64,000 bases of DNA from Sminthopsis crassicaudata (taxonomy: Eukaryota), in NCBI RefSeq assembly GCF_048593235.1, contig NC_133621.1, positions 187,943,238-188,007,237 on the forward strand. Direction: 5' to 3'. The notes under the pieces were generated by a model. The model was not told the origin of the DNA. It made no database searches and was given only the letters and a program-made list of their open reading frames with translations. The first letter of the stretch is position 1. Each line of letters opens with the position of its first letter. The position numbers and the translations under genes were made by a program. Shown here piece by piece: positions 1-10,200 of the stretch.

Positions 1-437
1 TATTATTTAAGGTTCATACATATAGATGAAGAAAAGAGAATCTCATCTTTTATTTTAAAGACAAAATTTTGCTTCAGATATAATGAAATTGACCTTGGAG
101 GTTCAAGGCTATATATTCAACAAAGACAAGTATATTAGATGATTTTAATGAATGCCATAAAAGAAAGAAAAGTACCCTTGCTCCTATTCCTAGGAAAATA
201 GTTCTGGTAAATAGAAGCCTTATAGATCCAGGAGCAAGTGAATTAATTTGGTAGACTTCTTTTTTTTCCCTTTCATTGGAAGAAAAAGTAGAGTTTGAAA
301 GGAAAAAAAAAAACACACCCTAGGGAGAAGTGCAAGGAAGTCCCAACTATCCTGGATAGTAGAAAATGACATCAATTGATAGTTTTCCTGGTTCAAGGCT
401 CACTTGGTTATAGTAGTATAATGTAAAAGAAAATCCA

Positions 438-527
438 AGAAAATCTGAAACACAAGTCTATGCAAGGGTCAATGTTGTCAAATTACCCGTGCATATGTTT
501 TGAAAATAAAAATTAAAAAAAAGAAAA
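438..527 (+). mobile_element. Severely 5'-truncated L1 3' tail (~90 bp) with target-site duplication
   Basis: Marsupial L1 terminal motif (gcaagggtcaatgttg...aattacccgtgcatatgttttg-aaaataaaa) plus A-tail, flanked by a 13-bp direct repeat aaaagaaaatcca at 425-437 and 528-540. Confidence 0.7.
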
Positions 528-1329
528 AAAAGAAAATCCATCAAGAACTCTTCTATGGACATATCTCCCTATAGCCATCTTCTAAACTTGCTTCAGCATG
601 ACCTCCTAGATCTGTGAATATGTCTGGGAGGGGTTCCCAATCAGTTCATGGATATACCTACTGCTCATGGAAAGGAGTAAGGGAAGAGAGATCTCAAGAT
701 CTGAGATAAATAAAAAACAAATTAGTTTCTCCTCTTTTCTTTCCAATAGGATTCATAATATCTGTTAAGTCTTAGCAATTTATGATTGTGTTTTTTCCTC
801 ATGGCTCCTTTCTCTATCCCTGCTCCAGGATCAGAATCTCATCCACAGCTAAGTATGGTGGTGATGAGGTCCTGGATAGCTACTAGGGCATTAACCTGAC
901 AGCCTGATCACCCCAGTCTTCAGTGGACCTTTTGTTTTTAAGTAAGTCTTTTGTTCCAGTGGACTCTGGATTATAGTCTCATACCTGGTGGAGATCTCTA
1001 GATACCTTTACTGTATCCAATCAGAAAGCCAAATTATGATGTCAAATCCCTGAAGTTATATTTCCTTTATAAAAAACTGCTCATACAGCTAACTTCTCTT
1101 GAAATTTACACACATTTAGCAGCATAATAAAATCTTTGCCCCTTGATTTAGAGGATGTCTAAGTCTACAAATTCTTTCCAATTTCTTTGCAACACCGGTG
1201 CATAGCCCCAGTATGCTTTTGGGGTATTACCTTATACCTCATCATTTGGTGGCTACACCCCATAATTTTGGTGACCTGGTATGAGAACAGTCTGACTGCA
1301 CCCTATTACCTCAATAATGGCACATGCCT

Positions 1330-1545
1330 ATTCTTTTTTTTTTTCCAGTTTAATATGCTTCTTTAAGAAATTATTTTAGTTTATTTTTAATACATATCAT
1401 TTTATGAATTATGTTGAGAGAGAAAAATCAGAGCAAATGGGAAAAACCATGGGAGAGATAAAAAAACAAAACAAAACAAAAAAGAGGTGAACATAGCATG
1501 TTTTAATTTACATTCAATCTTCTTAGTTCTTTCTCTGGTTGAAGA
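1330..1545 (-). mobile_element. L1 3'UTR fragment
   Basis: T-run followed by the reverse complement of the L1 3'UTR seen in other copies in this window (gagagaaaaatcagagcaa...aacatagcatg...ttctttctctgg). Confidence 0.6.
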
Positions 1546-1546
1546 T

Positions 1547-1790
1547 GCATGTCCATAATCCTAATGGGTAGGTCTCTGAGGCTGGTGGATTGTTTGGGCT
1601 TGATTTTACTTGAAGTTCTGAGTTGGGTAAGGCTAAAAGTTAAGAGAGTGTTGTCACTAAATCTGGTAAAAATATAACGAGTTCCCAGGGGGAGGGGACC
1701 ATGAAAATTACTTAATGAGGGACAAAACTTTCCAGGTCAGAATTGGACAGTATCAAAGCAGCTGTGTAATGTGCTTAGGTTTAGGAATGG
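1547..1790 (+). pseudogene. Decayed 7SL (SRP RNA)-derived retrocopy
   Basis: Collinear similarity to 7SL RNA: ctgaggctggtggat, gaagttctgag, gtcactaaatctgg, ggggaccat, taatgaggg, ccaggtcagaattgga, tcaaagc. Heavily diverged. Confidence 0.7.
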
Positions 1791-2259
1791 CTATACTTTC
1801 AGCCCAAGTGAGAACTTGGGAGAGCTCATTTCAAAAAAAAAAAAATAAATAATAATAATAATAATAAATTCTCATCCATAATGCTGGTCTTACTAACTAA
1901 TATTCTGACCATCGCCATCCTCTTCCTTATGAAAGCTTGGGAGTCCAAAACCAACTTTCTTCAATTAAAGAAAGAATAGAAGTCATCTCTATTGTCAGTG
2001 TGTAGTTCTTGTCCCTCTTCATTTATCATATTGCTTCGGGTCCCTTTGGCACTTGCAGGAGGACAGTATCTGCTGTCCTTTCTCTGAGGGAGAGAGTATC
2101 AGGCAGGCTTGGGGAAGGGTAGCTCATAAATTATTCTGTTCTGTCTAACATCAAAAAAACTTCCAGGGCCTCAGGATCCCCACAGAGAAGAAAAGACCAT
2201 GTTGAAGAAGTTATGTTTGTAAAGGGACTTCCTCATAGTCAAAAATGCAATAACTAAAT

Positions 2260-2555
2260 ACTTTGCCTACTAGCCTCCTTTAAGATTCAACTAAAATCCC
2301 TTATTTTCACTTTTTCCCCAACCCCTCAAAATTCTAATGCCTTCTCTTGATTAATACTTCCTATTGATCCAGTAAACAGCTCACTTTGCATACATTTATA
2401 AGTTTCTCGATTAGATTGTAAGCTCCTTAAAGGCAGGAGGGACTTTTTTTGGTCTCTTTTTGTATCCCCCAGTAGTTAGCTTGGCTAGGTAGTTATGAAC
2501 TAGTTAATACTAGTAGTTAGTAGTTAGTAGACATACTTAAATGTTTACTGATTGA
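2260..2555 (+). mobile_element. L2 3'-end fragment with internal (AGTAGTT)-like simple repeat
   Basis: L2 tail motifs ttagattgtaagctccttaaaggcagg...tttgtatccccc...aaatgtttactgattga, with tagttag repeats at about 2471-2530. Confidence 0.55.
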
Positions 2556-3574
2556 ATGGCACCTCTCTCTGGCCCCCCAATTTGCCTTTTTTCCCCTTTT
2601 CTCCCCCAAAAGACAAAAGCAAGAGGGGAGCAGCTAGGCTTTTGTTTTTAGCTCAGAACTGGGGCTGAAACTGAGTGTGTATTTGGGGGATGTGAGGAAG
2701 GACTTTGGGTATGGATGTTTCAGACCGACTGAGGGAAAACCAGGAGAAACACACATCTGTATGCTTCCATGGGCACATGGAGCCTCTGGGCAGTGCAGAG
2801 AATGCTATTTCTGCATCCCACGCAGCCAGCCCCGTGCTGACCATCCGCAAAGTGTTAAACCAACAGTATGGCCCTGATGCTTGCCAGCAGCCCTGACCTG
2901 ACCTCTTCCAGTTCTCTTAGTCATTCAACAACCTTGGAATGAATAAGATGGATAATATAGTCGGTCAGCAAACATACTAAGCTCTATGTGCCAGGGACAC
3001 AAAGGGGTTTATATTCCAATAAGGAAAACTATCTACCAACACTTACCTGCTTATCGAATCTATACAAGGAAAGTTAGAGGGAAGCCTAGCAGCAGTGGAG
3101 GGGTTGGGCAGAGGAAGACTGGAAGAGACTTCTTGTAGAAGGAGGGATTGGAGCTGAATGAGGAATTCAGGAGGAGAGACAGAGGGAGCTGTCCACCCAC
3201 CCGTGGGGATTGCCACTGAAAATCAGAGTCCTGTGTGAAGAAGAGTAAGTCCGTTTTCTAATACAAAGATTAAGAAAACAGGAAGGTCGGGAGGAGACGG
3301 GACTTGTGAATTTGTGGAAAGACTTGAAATTTTATTTTTTATATCTGATTTTATATTTGTCTCGAGGTAATAGGCAACCATTGGAATTTGATGATGTGGT
3401 GGATGGCACGGGTTGACATGAGCAGTGTTTTAGGAACATCACTTGGTGGGCGATGAATGTAGAGACTCATAGTCAGGCTCACCCACCAGAGGGCTATGGT
3501 GATAATGCAGGGATGGGAGGATGAGGGCCTGTGAAAGGGTGGCAGGTGAGTAGAGAGGAGCCATAAAAGAGAGG

Positions 3575-4012
3575 TTTTTGTTTTAAAATAATAACAGCTT
3601 TTATTTTTCCCAATACATGCAAAGATAGTTTTCAACATTCACCCTTGCAAAACTTTGTGTTCCGAATTTTTCTCCCTCCCTCCCCTTCTCCCCCAGACAG
3701 CATGTAATCCAACCCAGGTTAACATGTGCCATTCTTCTGACCACTTTTATCACACTGCATAAGAAAAATCAGATCAAAAGAGGGAAAAAGTAAGAAAAAG
3801 TGAGAAAACAATCCCCGGCAGAAAAGGTGAGAACACTGCGTTGTGCTCCTCATTCGGCCCCTGGATGCAGACGGCCCTCTCCATCACCAGTCTATTGGAG
3901 CTGGTCTGAATTGTTGCAAAGAGCAATCAGAGCTGGTCACCACACAACCTTGTTGCTGCGGACAATGTTCCCTCGGTTCTGCTCGCCTCACTCAGCATCG
4001 GCCATTGGAGAA
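3575..4012 (-). mobile_element. L1 3'UTR fragment, unusually GC-shifted
   Basis: Reverse complement of the L1 3' end (tttatttttcccaatacatgcaaagatagttttcaacattcacccttgcaaaac...), collinear with the copies at 33.3-34.2 kb and 47.0-48.3 kb. Confidence 0.85.
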
Positions 4013-4239
4013 GTTTTGAGGGAACAGAAATACAGACTCAGCTCTTCCGTCGCTCCCACGGGAGCAGATCTACCTGCTTAGTCCTGGTCCTCCGGGGGAA
4101 GCGCAGGGAATGAAGGAAAACCAGACTTTTGTCTTTTTAAAGTCTTAGGAAAGTGAGCTGTGGCAGGGAGGGAGGTAGGAGGTGAGGAGGAGGATGAAAG
4201 GGGAAGGAGAGAAGGAACCTGGGAAGGGAAAGGGTTAAG

Positions 4240-4760
4240 GGAGTGGAGTGGGGGTGGGGAGAGCCAGCCTATGGCAGGAGGACACACCTGTGTGGCGGCC
4301 CTTTGCAGGCGTGGCCCAGGTGAGCTAGGCAGCCAGAGGGAGGCGGCTAGGCAGAGGCCCTGATGCTAGGCCCATGGACACAGGACTGCCGGTTCTCCGT
4401 CGTCCCCTCCTGAACCCGGAAGTGAGGGCACTGCGGGGTCCAGAGGCAGGTAGGTGAGGAGGGCAAGGCAAGCAGGGCGGGCAGGTCCGACCGGCCGGAG
4501 AGAGAGGGCAGGCTGGTGGGGCTCAGAAGTGGCGGGCGAGGAGAGTGGGGAACAGGCCTCAGGCCTCGGGAAGGAGACAAGGCCTGGGGTTTCTGGACGG
4601 CGGGCTCTGCGTTTCAGTCTTTTCCGATGTCTTGGAGGGCGCTGGGTGGGCTTGGGGGAGGGGGAGCCTTGGAGAAAGCCCCCCACCGGGCGTGCTGATG
4701 GTGAGGGCCGGCCTCGCTCAGGCTCTCCGGGCCCAGCCTCGGGCAGGTGGGACGGGTGCC
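4240..4760 (+). promoter_or_regulatory. CpG-island promoter of the miR-200c/141 cluster with ZEB-type E-boxes and Z-box
   Basis: GC/CpG-rich. CACCTG 4285-4290, CAGGTG 4317-4322, CAGGTA 4447-4452, CAGGTG 4744-4749. ZEB1/2 repression of this cluster through such boxes is established in eutherians. TSS not determinable. Confidence 0.65.
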
Positions 4761-4829
4761 CCATCTTACCCAGCAGTGTTTGGGTGCTGCTTGGACGTCT
4801 CTAATACTGCCGGGTAACGATGGAGCTCC
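4757..4829 (+). ncRNA. MIR200C: miR-200c precursor hairpin (5p 4762-4783; 3p 4802-4824)
   Basis: 3p arm TAATACTGCCGGGTAACGATGGA (seed AAUACUG) pairs with 5p arm CATCTTACCCAGCAGTGTTTGG. Syntenic position next to the PHB2 3' end. Confidence 0.97.
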
Positions 4830-5177
4830 TTTCCTCGTGACGCCTCCCAATGCCCACTGGCACCTGGGAATAGGATGCCAACATCCTCTTTCCCTGCCTC
4901 GCCGGGGTCCAGGCCTTTCCTCTTGGTGGCTTCCCCCCTTCCAGAGGGGCCCTGAGACTTCCACCCTCTTGCTGCCCTCCTGGGATTGGCCAGGGCCCCC
5001 TCCAAGGCCTGTGGTTGGTGGAGCCGTGGATCTACAAACCGCTACTGACCAGGAACTCTCCAGGCCCGGTGTGTGGGCATTGCTTTAGTTCTTCCTGGAG
5101 AGCCCAACGAGCAAAGAGACTGGAGATGCTTACTGTGATTAGCCAGCTCTGGCCCTGACTGCCCAGCTGGCCAGCTC

Positions 5178-5254
5178 TGGGGCCATCTTCCAGTGCAGTG
5201 TTGGATCGTGTAATTGTGAAGCTTCTAACACTGTCTGGTAAAGATGCCCCCCGG
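5178..5254 (+). ncRNA. MIR141: miR-141 precursor hairpin (5p 5184-5205; 3p 5226-5247)
   Basis: 3p arm TAACACTGTCTGGTAAAGATGC (seed AACACUG) pairs with 5p arm CATCTTCCAGTGCAGTGTTGGA, about 400 bp downstream of miR-200c. Confidence 0.97.
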
Positions 5255-6935
5255 GTTGGTTCTCCCTTCGGTGACTTTTGACCCTGGCGATCTCCAGGGA
5301 TCCACTGAAAGATCCCTGTTCATCTTCTCTGACCTTCATCTTTTAGTGTTGGGAGATAGGGATTGGGGGTGTGCTCAAGATCTCAGCTGTGGGGCTGTTG
5401 GAACCATCCTTGGAAAGACAAGATGGCCACCCTGAGGGTGGGGCAGGACTTTGCCTCCATCTTCAGTTGGAATCCTCCCCTGTATTTACCTCCTCTTTCA
5501 AAGGATCCCCTCAACTCTTTGTTGTGGTAAAGGAACTTCTTAAAAAGAACCTTAGTGGGGTTGGGGCAGCAATTTTCTAAGGCTGCGGTCCTCTATAGAG
5601 TGCTAATCCTAGTTTCTCTAAGGGTATCTAACTTTATTTTTGCAAGTATTTTCTCTCAAGAAATACAGGTACGTCCTTGGAGTGGAAACTCAGATGTGAT
5701 GAATATCAACATTCCAGTTGTAGGGGAGAACATTCCCACCAATTCAAAATCTTCAATTGGCAGGGATGAGATCAGCTTAGGTAGATGAATGCAAACTGAT
5801 AGTTAAATGTCCTAAGGCTGTTGCCAAGATGAGTTGTTACATTTCCTGGAAGCTTGGACTGGGTACTGGACCAGGCCAATGAACAGCAATACTAAAATAA
5901 TTGAGGACAGACCTGTGTTTGAATGACACTTGAAGAGGGATAGAGCAATGCATCCCTTCTGAATAAGAAGTCTCGTTTTCCTGGGGAAGGAACTCCAAAC
6001 TGTAACCAAGCAAAGTCATTCTCTCAAACAAAGCAAAACACTCCAAAGAGAACATGGACAAACAAATCGTTGGCCTTCAAGGTTCCTTCACTCACTTCTA
6101 AGGAGAGGAAGCACATTGACCACAAGGTGTGCTAGAACCTCAGGCTCAGGCAGGTGACCTGGTCTTTGATATTGATGCCCTACTTTAATTTTATTATGTG
6201 CAACTTTACCCATTTCAAAAAAGCAAGCCTGCATTGAGCTTTTGCACTGTTGCTAGGCATTGAGCCCATTTTTTTAGCCACAAAATGAAAATACTTCTAT
6301 GCATTCTGTGGGCCTGTGTTGAAAATATTTGCTAATTTTTCTTTGCCAAGGAGGTTGGAGACTATATTGTACCTTAGGTGGGCTGTGCAGAGACTTGTAA
6401 TAATTCTAATGAAGCCAACAAATTTTATTTCCAGATTTCAGATTTGGAAGTGGGCTCAGAAAAAATTTACAATTTGTGACCAGAATCCCCTTTTTTCCTT
6501 TCCAACAATCCAGTCTGATAATTAGGGTGCCAGGCATTCTCCCCAGTGTTTGGTACGGGTTTTAGTAAGATGTGTCCGACTTCCTTATCCTAATACTATC
6601 TGGCCAATGACTTGGGGCAGCTCGCCATTGTTGGCCACACTGCTGCTATTCATGCACAAGAAAGACATCGAGCAGCTGAGGGTGGTTCCAGCTTCAAAAC
6701 CAGGTTCTGGATTAAGGAGCATCCGGGCCCAGGCCTCCCCTTACTGGCTGGCTCTTTTAGGCCTGGGCTGACTTGTGCCGCTCTTACAGAGATCCCTACC
6801 TCGGTCCCCAGCCCAGGCCAGACTCTGCACCCCCTGCTGGTGAAGCGAAGCAGCGCATCTGGTCAGCCCCACCCCCCAGTCCTCCTGGGGGAGGAAACCA
6901 AGAAGATCCCAAGCTGCCGAGGGTTCCACTTAAGT

Positions 6936-6949
6936 AATAAAAATTTATT
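6936..6949. terminator. Back-to-back poly(A) signals: AATAAA on - (6944-6949, PHB2) and on + (6936-6941)
   Basis: Sequence aataaa-aa-tttatt about 290 nt past the PHB2 stop codon. Confidence 0.6.
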
Positions 6950-7234
6950 GAGAATTCCTGGGATAGCTGCTATCTCCTCCCGGCCTTGGAGGGAAACCAG
7001 CGAGAGAGGAAATCACTGAGAAATCACACAGTCCTTATACCCCAGGCCCCCAGCAAAATATGGGGAGGGGGATTAGGGAAAGGAACATCTGTCAGTCTTC
7101 ATTTATCCAACGAGTGGGGGGGGGCAGTGGAGGAAAGTCACATGATGGTGGGTGAGGGAGGTGGACCCGTCTGCCAGCTCCCAAGACTAACTCAGGGAGG
7201 AAGAGATCAGCTTGCTCTGGAGATCAGGAAGTCT

Positions 7235-10200
7235 CTACTTCTTGCCTTTGATGAGGCTGTCACTGTGGAGAAGACAGTGTGGTTGGTCTAGTGGGAGGGG
7301 GCTTGGCCTCAGGAGCTGTTCCCAAGCCAGGATCTTAAGTCTTAGCCCCCAGCCCCCCATCACCCACAACACCCATTCCCAGCCACAACTTACCTTCCTC
7401 TGTAGGAAGTGTGGAGGGAGGCGGCAGACATAGAGAGAAAGACATGATTTAAGGTCCTTTGGGTTCACACAACACTTCTCTTCCACCCCACACCCAGCAG
7501 CTCCCCCCCTGACAAAACTAAGGACAGCTGATGAATGATGACACTAGGGCTTGGCCCTGAAACTAAAACTCCTCAACCTGTTACCTCTCTTGCCCCTGCC
7601 TTCCTGAGTCAGTGATCCATCCAAATCTTCACTGGGGTAAAGAAGAATTAATACCCTAGGGAAGGTCCCACCCCTACAGCCCAAGGCTGCCAGCAGTTCC
7701 CCACTAAGTGAGCGGCCAGGGTGCTTGTGCCTGAGTGAGCCCACTTCTCACCGGGTGAAGCTTTCATCCTGCAAGTTCAGCACGAGGTTGTCAGCAGTGA
7801 GATAGATTCGGTTCTGAGATGTGGCGATCTGGGGCCAAGGGAAAGCCATGAGTCACTGGCCCTGAGCTCAGCCCGGTGCCTGGTCTCCCCTCGGGGCCTC
7901 CCGGCTCTCCCCACTCACCGTCTTGGAGATGTTCTGGGCAGCTCGGATTTTACGTAGTTTTATATAGCCAGGGTTCTTGCTCAGAGCTTCCCCAAGGTAA
8001 GCAGGTGGTTAAGGAGACACAGAAACAGCCAGGCCTAACCTCACCGCCCTTATCCTGCCTCTCCTTCCTCCTCTGGGGCTGTCAGATCTAGGGGTTTGCG
8101 CTCAAACGCAGCCAGTGCCTCTGCTTTGGCCCTGACCCCACCTGTGGGCCCCTGCTTAATATAGCTGCCAGGGGCTGAAGGCAGCCACTAGGAACCAAGG
8201 GGCCCGAGCATGCTGTTGATCTGCCTTTACAGCAGGGGTCCAGGTCTCTGGCACCCCTACCAAGATTTCAGACCCCCATTATCATAATTCCTCTAGCCTC
8301 CCCCCTCCCCCCTGGGAGTCAGGAGTCAGATGGCACGGAGGTCGCATTCGCCTTGGAGTCATCACCCAGCCAGCCAGGGAGGAGTCTTAACTGTCAGGGA
8401 CCGACTTCTAACACATGGGGATATCATCTTGGCAGCCTCAGCTTCACCCTCGGCTTGTACGATCTTTTGCCGCTGCTCTTGCTTTGCTTTTTCTACCAGA
8501 AACTGAGCCCGCTGGGCCTCTTGCTGGGCTGTGGTGGAGGGACACAAACAAGAGGCATCAAGGGCCGGCCTTCCCCCACCCTGGGCGCCCCTCCCCCATG
8601 GCCGACTTTTCCCCGCGGGACTCACCCACTTGCTTGGCCTCCACTGCAGCCGTGTACTCTCTGCTGAAGCTCAGCTCTGTGATGGCAACATCATCCAGAA
8701 TGAGGCTGAAGTCCTTGGCCCGCTCAGTCAGCTCCCGCCGGATCAACAAGGACACCTGGGGGTGGGAAGGCAGGGGATGCTGAAGGAGAGATGCTGAGGA
8801 AAGGCTACCGCCTCACAAGCCACACCAGAGAGGGATTGAGAACCCCCTGACCCAAATCTGGCTCCTGGGTGTCCTGTCATCCAGGGGCTAAGCTTACATG
8901 AGAAGCCTCCAGTTCGGGGCGGCCTAAGCTTTTTTGGGGCTCATGCTGTCTCTGAAATATGGCTGCCCCCAGCCCTGGCTCTTCCTTCCCACTTGCTCAA
9001 AGGGTTCACCAGTTTCCAAGCTGCCTCTGTTTACAAGTGGAGGGGAGGTCAGACCTGGGCCCGCTGGGTGATGAGCTGGGAGGCGTTGAACTTGGCCACC
9101 ACGCTCTTGAGCACCTCATTCACGATAGAGGGCAGCACCCGCTCCTCGTAGTCCAAGCCCAGGCGCTGGTACATGCTGGGCAGCTCCAAGGCATTGGGTC
9201 GGGACAGCACTCGGAGGGAAATGTTCACCATCTGAAGGTCTTGGCAGGAACAAGAAAAACCATCACCCAGGGCCGGCTCAGACCCGGCCGCAGGAGCCAC
9301 CTTCTGCTCCCTGCCTAATGTGCTGGGGATGCAAGGCAGGCAATCCCTCAGCTCCCAGCTCCGCACTCCACAACCACCTGCTGGACCAGACTATCCCTGG
9401 TCGAGAGGACACAGACTCCCTCCTTCCTTCCCCAGATGAGGTCCGTGAGGATGAGCTCAGCTCTGTGGCCAGGGAGCGCACCTTTAGTGCGATGAACTCT
9501 GAGCCCAGTTTGGAAGGAAGGCAAGGGAGAAGGCACAAGTGTATTCGCTCTAAGATATTAGCTTAGCACCTGATGCCAGGTCTTTAACATACTCTCAAGA
9601 CTGGGGCAGGAAGTAAGATGTATACACAGATGCAAGTCGTGCTCAACGTGTTCTGTTGCTGTGTGCACTGTGGAGGATCCCAGCAGACTCTGGGGAGGAC
9701 CTTCCAAGCCTCAGACTGTACGGCTGACACTGGCTGGATTAAGCTAAGTCACTGGAGGCAGTGGTGTAAGCAGCGAGCCCTACTCTGCACAGAAAGCTGG
9801 TGGAGTTTCAGTGGAGAACACAGGAGGAAAGAGAGAACGGCCCCATGGAAGAGCAGTCAGATTGAGCCTCAAGCTTCACTGTAAGAACTTAGCCCCTGTA
9901 CTGACTCTATTTCCTTGGGCAGGGAAGTGCTGTGCAGACCTTAAAGTACCGTACAGTGTGAGATGAAAAACTTCAATGGAAAAGAGAGAGGAGGAATCGC
10001 TGCTGATACAGAGGTAGAGACAGGAGAGAAATGCTAGGGTGTGCTGAAAAAGGGGCGGGCAGATTCAAAGGGGCCAGCCTGGTTTTAAATGGAATTCGTC
10101 ATTATTTAGTGATAAAAGCTCACATTTATATTATGCTTTAAGATTTGAAAAACACTTTCAATGTTTTATCCTCAAAACAACCTTGTGAAGGAAGGGTTTT

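Noticed and set aside
857-912. C/D-box-like arrangement GGTG-GTGATGA...CTGA-TCACC
   Set aside because: Only about 47 nt from C to D, no recognised rRNA/snRNA guide, and not in a known intron. Expected by chance.
1-4200. PTPN6 3' exons expected upstream of miR-200c by human synteny
   Set aside because: No sequence encoding the PTPN6 C-terminus is recognisable. The interval is mostly L1, L2 and 7SL remnants, so the gene probably lies left of the window.
4347-5088. Cluster of 60-132 aa ORFs on both strands over the miR-200c island
   Set aside because: Stop-poor GC-rich DNA, low-complexity Pro/Gly/Arg translations and no homology.
6612-7019. 135-aa + ORF between miR-141 and PHB2
   Set aside because: Starts at a non-ATG codon, has no recognisable domain and runs across the PHB2 poly(A) site.
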